A stretch of 64,000 bases of DNA, from contig NC_092679.1 of assembly GCF_964355755.1 (NCBI RefSeq), forward strand, positions 9,965,432 to 10,029,431. The letters are read 5' to 3'. Every line of letters starts with the position of its first letter. Positions within the stretch are counted from its first letter, which is position 1. Position numbers and translations under genes: made by a program. A model generated the notes under the pieces. That model worked only from the letters and a program-made list of their open reading frames with translations, was not told where the DNA came from and searched no databases. Positions 44,409 to 53,760 of this stretch are shown here, in pieces. This DNA is from Antedon mediterranea. Its lineage: Eukaryota; Animalia; Echinodermata.

Positions 44409-44620
44409 TCTTACATTAAAAATGTGGGTTACAGAAAGTTTTTTAATCCTTTTAAATTACAAATAAATGGTAATAAGCACAAAGCAAAATAAACATGTGT
44501 AAAAGTGATAATTACCGATTGCACAAAATAAGTTATAAAAAAAATAATAAAAATAAGATATACTGTGTATAATTATCATATTGCGTATACAGTACTTTTC
44601 ACCATAAAGTTTAAAAAAAA

Positions 44621-44692
44621 GGTTTCGTCCGGGCTCGAAACAGGTACATTCTGCGTGTTAAGCAAATGTGATAACCACTACGCCAAGAATCC
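44621..44692 (-). tRNA. tRNA-Val(AAC)-derived, type B, inside HINE (degenerate)
   Basis: Homologous to 44113-44184; B box altered (GTTTCGAG). Confidence 0.7.
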
Positions 44693-44958
44693 GCATATAA
44701 CCATATAACTACATAACGCTGTGGTGTGTGTCACACATTGTGGCTTCTTAATTAAACAAATTAATTAACAAAAAATTAAATATCCGGCTCTATAGCTTTG
44801 AGGACATGTCCCTGTAGTATGTTCATGCCAAATCCCAGCTCAATACTACAACGAATAAGGGAGGAGTAGTACTTTAAAAATCGCACTTTTTACTCAATAG
44901 TGTCCAGTTGGAGGAAGAGGAGAAATGAGTAAGTCCTAGACTCGGGTACCCCGAGTAA

Positions 44959-45286
44959 AAAGCACGAATGTGCGATACTCGGGGTACAGCAAATGAAGCT
45001 GTAATGACGTCATAAGACAAGATGTGACGTCACATACACCTACCAAATACGGCTATATGGTACCAATTTCGAGACGTCATATGGCTGCATCCGGTCTGAA
45101 ATTAAAAAATCCGGCTCTATAGATTTTAGGACATGTCCCTGTAGTATATTCATGCCAAATCCCAGCTCAATACTACAACTCATAAGGGAGGAGTAGTACT
45201 TTAAAAATCGCACTTTTTACTCAATAGTGTCCAGATGGAAGAAGAGGAGAAAATGAGTAAGTCCTAGACTCGGGTACCCCGAGTAA
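44959..45286 (-). mobile_element. Helentron-type family 2 element, empty copy, head-to-tail with the loaded copy
   Basis: Direct junction ccccgagtaaaa|agcacgaatgtgc at ~44960; interior has the TGACGTCA segment as in 43377-43723. Confidence 0.78.
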
Positions 45287-45630
45287 AAAAAGATTCACTT
45301 GTTTAGGTCTGACAGTTGCAACCCTCAAAATATCTCACTTTCAAAAGCAATATTTATTTTCAATTAAAAAAAAAAAGAAAAAAAATACCCGTATAGGTTC
45401 GAACCCACTACTGAGAGCACTCAAACCTGAGCATTATCCGTTACGCCACAAACCAGTAGATGACTGAGGAGCTGATAATAGTCTATTTATATGAAATGAA
45501 TGATCAATCAATGAAAAATAATGCCATGCAACTTTGTTTCTGATTTTAACAAGCACGAATGTGCAATACTCGGGGTACAGCGAAAGAAGCTGTATACAGA
45601 CGTATACAGTTAGAAAGTTAAAGAAAAATA

Positions 45631-45701
45631 GGTTTCGCCAGGGCTCAAACCGGGACCTTCTGCGTGTTAAGCAGACTTGACAACCACTACACTACGAAAC
45701 C
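45631..45701 (-). tRNA. tRNA-Val(AAC)-derived, type A
   Basis: Acceptor stem GGTTTCG/CGAAACC intact, anticodon AAC, T-loop C>T change (GGTTTGAG). Confidence 0.75.
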
Positions 45702-45911
45702 TCTTACATTAAAATTGTGGGTTACAGAAAGTTTTTTAATCCATTTAAATTACAAATAAATGGTAATAAGCACAAAGCAAAATAAACATGTGTAAAAGTG
45801 ATAATTACCGATTACACAAAATAAGTATTTTAAAAAATAATAATAAGATATACTGTGTATAATTATCATATTGCGTATACAGTACTTTTCACCATAAAGT
45901 TTAAAAAAAAA

Positions 45912-45983
45912 GGTTTAGCCCGGGCTCGAACCAGGTACCTTCTGCGTATTGAGCAAACGTGATAACCACTACGCCAAGAAGCC
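45912..45983 (-). tRNA. tRNA-Val-derived, type B, anticodon changed to AAT
   Basis: Anticodon arm TTTGC-TC-AAT-AC-GCAGA; otherwise homologous to 44113-44184. Confidence 0.7.
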
Positions 45984-46145
45984 GCATATAACTACATAAC
46001 GCTGTGGTGTGTGTCACACATTGTGGCTTCTTAATTAAACAAATTATTTAACAAAAAAGCACGAATGTGCAATACTCGGGGTACAGCGAAAGAAGCTGTA
46101 TACAGACGTATACAGTTATTTCACCATAAAGTAAAAGAAACCCGA

Positions 46146-46216
46146 GGTTTCGCCAGGGCTCGAACCGGGACCTTCTGCGTGTTAAGCAGACTTGACAACC
46201 ACTACACTACGAAAAC
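46146..46216 (-). tRNA. tRNA-Val(AAC)-derived, type A
   Basis: ...TCGTAGTGTAGTGGTTGTCAAGTCTGCTTAACACGCAGAAGGTCCCGGTTCGAGCCCTGGCGAAACC. Confidence 0.78.
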
Positions 46217-46431
46217 CACTTACACTAAAAATGTGGGTTACAGAAAGTTTTTTAATCCATTTAAATTACAAATAAATATGGTAATAAGCACAAAGAAAAA
46301 TAAACATGTGTAAAAGTGATAATTACCGATTACACAAAATAAGTATTTAAAAAAATAATAAAAATAAGATATACTGTGTATAATTATCATATTGCGTATA
46401 GAGTACTTTTCACCATAACGTTTAAAAAAAA

Positions 46432-46503
46432 GGTTTCGTCCGGGCTCGAACCAGGTACCTTCTGCGTGTTAAGCAAACGTGATAACCACTACGCCAAGAA
46501 TCC
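46432..46503 (-). tRNA. tRNA-Val(AAC)-derived, type B
   Basis: GGATTCTTGGCGTAGTGGTTATCACGTTTGCTTAACACGCAGAAGGTACCTGGTTCGAGCCCGGACGAAACC followed by T8. Confidence 0.78.
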
Positions 46504-48176
46504 GCATATAACCATATAACTACATAACGCTGTTGTGTGTGTCACACATTGTGGATTCTTAATTAAACAAATTAATTAACAAAAAATTAAAAATCCGGCT
46601 CTATAGCTTTGAGGACATGTCCCTCTGTAGTATGTTCATGCCAAATCCCAGCTCAATACTACAACGAATAAGGGAGGAGTAGTACTTTAAAAATCGCACT
46701 TTTTACTCAATAGTGTCCAGATGGAGGAAGAAGAGGAAAAAATGAGTAAGTCCTAGACTCGGGTACCCCGAGTAAAAAAGGTTCACTTGTTTAGGCCTGA
46801 CAGTTGCAACCCTCAAAAAATCTCACTTTCAAAAACAATATTTATTTTCAATTAAAAAAAAAAGAAAAAAAATACCCGTATAGGTTCGAACCCACTACTG
46901 AGATCCCTCAAACCTGAGCATTACCCGTTACGCCACAAACCAGTAGATGACTGAGGATCTGATAATAGTCTATATACATGAAATGAATGATCAATCAATG
47001 AAAAATAATGCCATACAACTTTGTTTCTGATTTTAAAAAAGGTCCACTTGTTTAGGCCTGACATTTACAACCCACAAAATATCTCACTTTCAAAAATCAT
47101 ATTTATTTTCAATTTAAAAAAAAAAGAAAAAAAATATCCCTAGAGGTTCGACCCACTACTCAGAGCACTCAAACCTGAGCATTACCCGTTACGCCACAAA
47201 CCAGTAGATGACTGAAGAGCTGATAATAGTCTATTTATATGAAATGAATGATCAATCAATGAAAAATATTGCCATGCAACTTTGTTTCTGATTTAAAAAA
47301 AGATCCATTTGTTTAGGCCTGACTCGCACAACCCTAAAAAATATCTCATTTTAAAAAAAAATATTTATTTTAAATAAGAAAAAAAAAAGCAATATCCCTA
47401 GAGGTTGGAACGCGCTACTGAGAGCACTCAAACCTGGGTATTACCCGTTACGCCACAAACCAGTAGATAACTGAAGAGCTGATAATACTCTATTGTGACC
47501 CGTTCTGGCGAAACCCGCTGTTTGTCGGCATTTCAAATTTTGCGCTACTAGCAAACAACGTAAAAATTTGTCAAATCGGCCAAATCCGGATTTTTGCATT
47601 ATTATGAAAGAAGAAGTATTAAAGAACAATTGTACAAAATATGAATCTCCAAATCCAAATAAAAAGTGTAAAAAATACCATTTTAAAACACCCACCTAAT
47701 ATTCAGCCTGTTAACCTAACGATTTTAAGTCCCACGGGTAAGAAAACTTCGAATTATTGTTCATATTCTTTGAATCGTTATTCGAAAACGCCATGACAGT
47801 TTACAGAGTGCCATACACCAAATTAAAGCCAAGACAAAGCTTAATCCAAATATGGCAGTTATAGGCAGGGCTAAGCAAATTAACCAATAGTAAACCGAGT
47901 TTTCCATGACATCATTTTAAAATCTGTCACTCAACTCGTAAACTGAAACCGTCGTTGCTAACCACGTGACAACAACATTTCGTTTTGATTGGTCAATACT
48001 CATTGTGTTCTCGATTTACTGGAAAATCCAAAATGGAGGCTTACTCGGTGGGCATGGCCATGAGGCCGTTTTCGACATCAATGTTTATGGTAACGACGCT
48101 TTGGATTTCAATTTCTGCATTAGTTTATGTTTACAACGCTATTGAATCAGTCATTAATGTTATTTGCTTAATTAAA

Positions 48177-51100
48177 ATGTCGAGTTCGAATGATTTGGGA
48201 GAAAATGGGATAGCCGCGATGTTGAATGATGCCAGAGCCTGTGGAATGTATGTAGAAAACTTGGATGATGTTTTGACCGATTACTTTGCATTGCCCTCAG
48301 GGTATGATTCGGATAACGGTAAGTACTGTGATTAAAATAAGCATTAAAATCAAAATATACGTCAAATATACTTTTTATAGCCCATTATGCCTAGGCTAAG
48401 CTAACCTAACATTTTTATTTTTAACCCGATCGTTTCACTCAGTTAGTGAAAATAGGCCCGTCTTGGACCCGATCGTCTGTCACCCTAAGCTAGGCCTAGG
48501 TTAGGTAGGCCTAACTAAAATATTTTCGTGGGCATACCGTAGTCAACTATTACTACGGTTTATGCTAGGCCTAGGCTACCTACTACTACGTACGAATAAT
48601 AAAGCATGTTTATACTACTACTCTACTACTGTACTACTATAGGCTAGGCCTACTACTAGCTAGACCTAACCTCTAGCTACCTAGGCTAGGTTAGGCCTAC
48701 TACAGTACACTTCTACTAGGCCTATTTAATTTTTCTCAATAGCTGGCGCAGACTTTAAACTACTACAGTAAAAACAAACTAATTATTATAATTGTATATG
48801 CTTCTTTAAATAGATTCAGAAAATGTGAGTAGTGATGATGATTCTGTTGATCATGAAGATGAATCAGTTGTCACTGCAAGTAGCGATGATGATCAGATGT
48901 CGGATGTAGAAAGTGAAGAACAAATGGATATTGAGGAGGACATTCCACCCGAAATTGTTGATGATGCTGAAAATGAATTTGAAGCAGCAAATAACATTGC
49001 CCAGAATCTTGATATTGTAGTGCCACAACAGAAAGTGTGTAAATGTAACTGTATCATCTTCAATGGTCAAAAATGCAATAACCAGTTCACAGACGATGAG
49101 ATGAATGAAATAAGGTAAGTTTTTTTACATGACAGCAGAATAAATTAAAACTGAACTTGTGGGCATTAAAACATGTTATAATGATTATGAACCTCTATTA
49201 AATGCAATAATTCTTATTAAAATTACTTTTTTATTTCTTTATTTGCCACACAGAAAAAAGACTACATAAAAGTAATAATATACAAAATAAATTATTAAAA
49301 ATGGCAGGATTTTTATTTGCCAAAGTTACAGTTATTTTATTCTTATTTTCACATGTTAATTGTTTATTACATGGCTCCAACACCCACCCACCCAGATGCC
49401 CTGCTTTTCGAGAAGTTGTTATTTCAATTTCACATTGTTCGTAAACCAAGCATTGTTTTCATTGGGCTGGGATCTACAAAGCATTGTTTTCATTGGGCTG
49501 GGTTCTACAAAATTCTATTGATCATTGTAAAGTTTGTAACTTTCTTTTGAAATCACAAGATTCCATGTCTTTCCAGAAGTTATTTTAATTTCACATTGTT
49601 CCTCTGAACATTCTTTTCGTTGGGTTGGGCTCTCTCAATTTCTTTACCCTGTCTGCTTCTTCCATTGTTGTTTATGAGAAGGAAATTGATTGATTTAATT
49701 TTTATTTTTAGATACACAATTCAAGAGTTGAGTGAATTTGAAAAAGATTTAATGCTGTTGGGAATAATTTTTTCGTCCATTAACAACGGTGATATGACAG
49801 CCAGAAAAAAGAAAACACAAACACAAAGAAAGCAGAGCAGAATTAGAAGCTTTCACTATGGGCAGAAGAGAGTTTGTAGAGAGACGTTTTTCTTTCTGAT
49901 GGGAATTGGCCGTGACAAATTCAAAAACGTGAAGACATGGTATGAGACACATGGTCTTGTCTTTCGTAGAAAAAGATCAGGTAAACATAACTGACATTAT
50001 ACTAAGTTTTATTATTTGTCAATATTTTTTTTCATTTATTAATAATGTAAAAATTGTGAATAGTTTAAAGGAAAAATTGTTTTACCAACTGACAGCTCAA
50101 ATTTAAATCACATCTAAAAGCACCACGGTCGGTTATTATGATAATTATTAATCATTATTGTATTTTGATTATAGGTGGCAGAAGAGGAAAGCATCTATTG
50201 AAGATGGAAAATGTGGAGGGGGTGGTTCGATTTATCGTGAATTTTGCGGCAGCTAATTGCATATTGTTACCCGGAAGAATCCCTGGTGTAAAGTCTGCTG
50301 AGGTTAAGCTGCTACCCACATCCGTTACAAAGGCTGCTGTATGGCGTATGTTTAAAGATGCGGTTCTAAGAGAGCAGTGTGTTGCCCTGTCTACATTTCG
50401 TAAACTTTGGAAGGAACTTCTACCTTACATCATCGTAGCACAACCTGCAACAGATCTGTGCTGGATTTGCCAAAAAAACAACAGTTTGATAACAAAGCAG
50501 GTATGTTTATTTTGTTTAATTACTATTTTTTTTTAAAGATTTTTGTTTGTTTAGTTTTGTGTTGTCACATTAGCCATTAAACCATCATTATGCATGTCCA
50601 AATTGTGAAATATTCATTTGAAATGTAATGTATTCATTCATTATTATTTACAAAAAAAAAAGTCTAATACAAAAATAATTTTGGGGGACCCCTGTATTCA
50701 GCACAATTACATACTAAGTGTTTAACAATTATTTTGTTTTTGTAGGTTAATGTTCCAGAAGCACAAAAAACAGAAGCTCTGAGGATCCAGGAGACTCACT
50801 TGGAACAGGCAAGGATAGAAAGAGAGTTTTATAACCAGTGTTGTCGACAATCAAAACTTATAGCAAAGGAGATGGACATCAAACAGCTGGGTCAGAATGT
50901 TCCGAACTCAAAACCGATAACATTTCATTACAGCTTTGACTTCGCGCAACAGGTACACTATCCAGCAAATCCGCTACAACCTGGCCCAATTTATTTCAAG
51001 ACGCCAAGGAAATGCCACATCTTCGGTCTGACATCTGAAGGTTTGCCATCGCAAATTAATTATTTAATAGATGAGGGTGTGAGCTGTGGTAAAGGAGCAA

Positions 51101-51744
51101 ACGTGGTAATTAGTTATCTGCATCACTTTTTTGACCATTACGGTGTTGGTGAACAACATGCTCACCTTCATGCAGACAATTGTTCCGGCCAAAACAAAAA
51201 TAACGCATTCATACAGTACTTGGCATGGAGAGTTGAGAATGGCCTACATAAGACGATTAAGTATTCGTTTTTACCAGTTGGGCATACAAAATTTGGTCCC
51301 GATTGGTGCTTCGGACTTGTAAAGAGAACCTACAGAAGAACATTTGTCTCTTCCTTACAAGACATTGTTGACGTCGTTGACAAATCAACAACTACTTCAA
51401 TCAACCGAGCACAGCTTGTCGGAAATGAATCCGGTGATGTGTTTGTTAAAGTTTATGACTGGGTAAGTCATCTGTCCAGACATTACCGAAAGTTTCCTGG
51501 TATCAAGTCGTACCAACACTTTATGTTTGATGCTGAAACACCTGGTATTGTTTCGTACAAAGTATTATCTCACAGTGAAGAAAACACATACGATTTTTGC
51601 AGGTCAACACCACCATCTAGTCTCCCTCCAGTAATTAAGCCAGCAGGCCTCGACGATGCTCGAAAACAATATCTATTTCAGAGTATTCGGGAATTCTGTA
51701 GGGAAGACACAGTAGATATAGTATGCCCAAACCCAGATCTCTAA
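48177..51744 (+). CDS. Sola1-like DDD transposase, 5 exons, 678 aa: join(48177..48318,48814..49114,49712..49980,50175..50500,50746..51744)
   Basis: All four introns are GT-AG with pyrimidine-rich acceptors and compatible phases (1,2,1,0); total 2037 nt, no internal stops. Acidic N-terminus, CxCxC...C, DLCWIC, and catalytic-type motifs SFDF, ADNCSGQNKN, FLPVGHTKFGPDWCFG. Sola1 assignment is from recalled motifs, not a search. Confidence 0.85.
50746..51744 (+). CDS. Terminal exon of the transposase, containing the catalytic core
   Basis: ORF-track 314-aa frame extends upstream in frame to the acceptor ttttgtag|GTT at 50746. Confidence 0.9.
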   Translation, partial: VNVPEAQKTEALRIQETHLEQARIEREFYNQCCRQSKLIAKEMDIKQLGQNVPNSKPITFHYSFDFAQQVHYPANPLQPGPIYFKTPRKCHIFGLTSEGLPSQINYLIDEGVSCGKGANVVISYLHHFFDHYGVGEQHAHLHADNCSGQNKNNAFIQYLAWRVENGLHKTIKYSFLPVGHTKFGPDWCFGLVKRTYRRTFVSSLQDIVDVVDKSTTTSINRAQLVGNESGDVFVKVYDWVSHLSRHYRKFPGIKSYQHFMFDAETPGIVSYKVLSHSEENTYDFCRSTPPSSLPPVIKPAGLDDARKQYLFQSIREFCREDTVDIVCPNPDL

Positions 51745-52004
51745 ATACAACTTGTGTAGTAGTAATAGTGCAATTTAAAAAGAAAGAACATTTATTTATT
51801 ATACCATTTTCTAATTTATTTATGTGTAAAGTTTAATTTAAAAGCAATTACTGCATTTGTTTTTTCTAATCAAAGTAAATGATTGTTTATATCCATTATT
51901 CAGCTAACAATAGAATCTTTACTACTACCACTACATGTAAAGTACCAGTACATTTGAGTTCTAAATGTTGAAAAAGTGGGTTGTTTTCATTTGTTTATAA
52001 CTTG

Positions 52005-52010
52005 AATAAA
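52005..52010 (+). promoter_or_regulatory. Candidate polyadenylation signal of the transposase transcript
   Basis: AATAAA ~260 bp after the stop codon, a second one ~20 bp later, then a GT-rich tract (ggttcttgtgtggt). Confidence 0.35.
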
Positions 52011-52474
52011 AATTAATGAATTTTAATAAATTTTTCTGTACTTATTGGTTCTTGTGTGGTCTATGAGTGTGCCAAATTACAGCTGTATAGCTACATTTCT
52101 TAATATCGTTGCTAAGGAGTTAGTGTGAGCATGCTGTTTACTACTGGTGTACGCAACAGGAAGTCGATCATGAATCTTTAAAAGCTGTTTTCTCAAAACC
52201 TACTTGACTTATATGCAATCATTTAAATTCCAATAACTTGGCTAATACTTATCCAATTTTAACGAGATAAAAAATATTGTGAAGATTATTAAATGTAGAA
52301 TCTAAAAACACAAAATTTTTTTTTTTATTTTTTTTTATTTTTACGTCAAAGGTAGGGTTTTGCCAGAGTGGGTCATTTTCTATTCTAAGCCCTTTGGTGT
52401 TTTTTATGTTAACAAGTTTTTTCGAAAATCACAAAATGGTCTAAAACGTCTCCAAATGCGATTTGAAGCTATTG

Positions 52475-52936
52475 TATAGTACAGGGATTTCTCGAAAAAT
52501 CGCAAATTTTCGACATTTTCTTTTTTGCGATAAAACTGGTTACTATTGCACAATTAACATGCGCAGACCCATTATTCGACTCTGCGCATGTTTATTATGC
52601 AATAGTAACCATTTATGTCTACAAATAAAGGGGTCGAAAATTGCCCATTTTTGTAAAAAATCCCTGTACTATAAGTATGCACAGAACCCATTATTCGACT
52701 CTGTGCATGTTTATTATGCTATAGTAAGCCTTGATGTAAAAAGTGAAAGGTACGAAAATTAGCCATTTTGCGAAAAAATCCCTGTAATGGTACAGGGATT
52801 TTTTTCAAAAAATGTCCAATTTTGAACTTTTTTATTTTTTACATAAATGCTTACTATAGCATAATAAATAACAATTGACATGCGCAGAACGCATTATTCG
52901 ACATTGCGCATGTTTATTATGCTATAGTAACCATTT
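52475..52936. repeat. Foldback array: ~90-bp arm in alternating orientations, related to the 186-bp satellite
   Basis: tatagtacaggga (52475) pairs with tccctgtactata (ends 52673) around loop 52568-52580; further symmetry centres at ~52788 (atccctgta-atgg-tacagggat) and ~52896. Confidence 0.85.
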
Positions 52937-53760
52937 ATGCTATAATATTGCCATTTATGCAAATTTACTGGGCTAACATCATCTTACAGAGCCATAGTAA
53001 CTAGTTATGTCAAAAAATAAAAGGATCGAAATTTGGTCATTTTCCGAAAATTTCCCTGCGGGGGACAACGGGAATTTTCTCGAAAAACAACCAAAATGTC
53101 CACCTTTTAAAATTCAATAATTAGGCTATAATATATGCATTTATGCACATATATTGTGTTAACACCATCTTATAGAGCCATAGTAACTAGTTATGTTAAA
53201 AAATAAAAGGGTCGAAATTTTGCCATTTTCCGAAAATTTCACTGCGGGGGAACCATAGGAATTTTTTCGAAAAATGGCAAAAATTCCCAATTTTTAAAAT
53301 TCAATAATTATGCATTATGCTATAACGTTGCCATTTATACAGATATATTTTGCTAACATTAACCAAAATGTCCACCGTTTAAAATTCAATAATTAGGCTA
53401 TAATATTGCCATTTATAAACATATATTGTGTTAACATCATCTTATAAAGCCATAGTAACGAGTTATGTCAAAAAATAAAAGGGTCGAAATTTGGCCATTT
53501 TTCGAAAATTTCCCTACGGGAGATTATATGAATTTTTTCGAAAAATGGCAAAATTTTCCACTTTTAAAAATTAAATAATTATGCTATAATATTGCCATTT
53601 ATACAGATATATTTTGCTAACATCATCTTATAGAGCCATAGTAATGAATTATATCAAAAAATAAAAGGCTTGAAATTTGGCCATTTTTCGAAAATTTTCT
53701 GCGGGGGACCATAGGATTTTTTCGAAAAATTACTAAAATTTCCAATTTTTAAAATTCAAA
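52937..53760 (-). repeat. ~186-bp satellite in reverse orientation
   Basis: catcatcttatagagccatagtaactagttatgtcaaaaaataaaagggtcgaaatttggcc is the reverse complement of the 39740-41657 monomer. Confidence 0.92.

Larger units (their letters stand above)
44255..44958 (-). mobile_element. Helentron-type family 2 element loaded with a tRNA-Val pair
   Basis: Same two termini as 43377-43723, but ~100 bp of the interior is replaced by the ~470-bp tRNA-pair segment. Confidence 0.75.
45548..46775 (-). mobile_element. Composite Helentron-type family 2 block: two 3' termini (45548, ~46056), two tRNA-Val pairs, one 5' terminus (46773)
   Basis: aagcacgaatgtgcaatactcggggtac at 45551 and 46057; gactcgggtaccccgagt ending 46773; flanked by the split ctgatttt|aaaaaagg site of the 260-bp monomer. 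Confidence 0.75.
41658..47494 (-). repeat. ~260-bp tRNA-derived satellite (about 10 tRNA-like units), interrupted by HINE family 2 blocks at 43377-45286 and 45548-46775
   Basis: Unit ends (cacaaacc) at 41940, 42202, 42465, 42768, 43029, 43284. The ~300-bp variants carry a 39-bp internal duplication. Minus strand reads GGTTTGTGGCGTAACGGGTAATGC...GTGGGTTCGAACC...TTTTT (A box, B box, oligo-T). Confidence 0.9.
47496..52375 (+). mobile_element. ~4.9-kb TIR DNA transposon, probably Sola1 group, apparently autonomous
   Basis: Left TGACCCgtTCTGGCgAAACCCgctgTTTGtCG (47496-47527) versus reverse complement of right end TGACCCacTCTGGCaAAACCCtaccTTTGaCG (52344-52375): 24/32 identity. Encloses a transposase gene. 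No clean TSD. Confidence 0.85.

Noticed and set aside
41658-47494. Repeat array next to a transposase read as a CRISPR-like or RNA-guided system
   Set aside because: Inter-repeat segments are homologous to each other, so there are no unique spacers. The transposon cuts into a monomer and an empty paralogous site exists, so the adjacency reflects insertion. No nuclease domain other than the DDD core is visible.
40750-47695. Short ORFs (MKIGNF..., MFLILKK..., MLTSSY..., MIKKPQ... and similar), also repeated at 56641-57204 and 61057-61551
   Set aside because: Chance frames through AT-rich satellites, HINEs and tRNA copies, mostly non-ATG starts, with frameshifts between copies.
47985-48176. N-terminal extension of the ORF-track 116-aa ORF
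   Set aside because: Starts at TTG in a promoter-like region (CACGTG, reverse CCAAT). ATG 48177 in aaaATG context is preferred, although in-frame upstream ATGs (e.g. ~48033) cannot be excluded.
49405-49635. Small tandem duplications in transposase intron 2
   Set aside because: Ordinary intronic duplications (aagcattgttttcattgggctggg twice) with no further structure.
48864-51322. ORFs 48864-49070(-), 49231-49449(-), 49317-49550(+), 49749-49952(-), 51131-51322(+)
   Set aside because: Antisense, intronic or alternate-frame shadows of the transposase gene.
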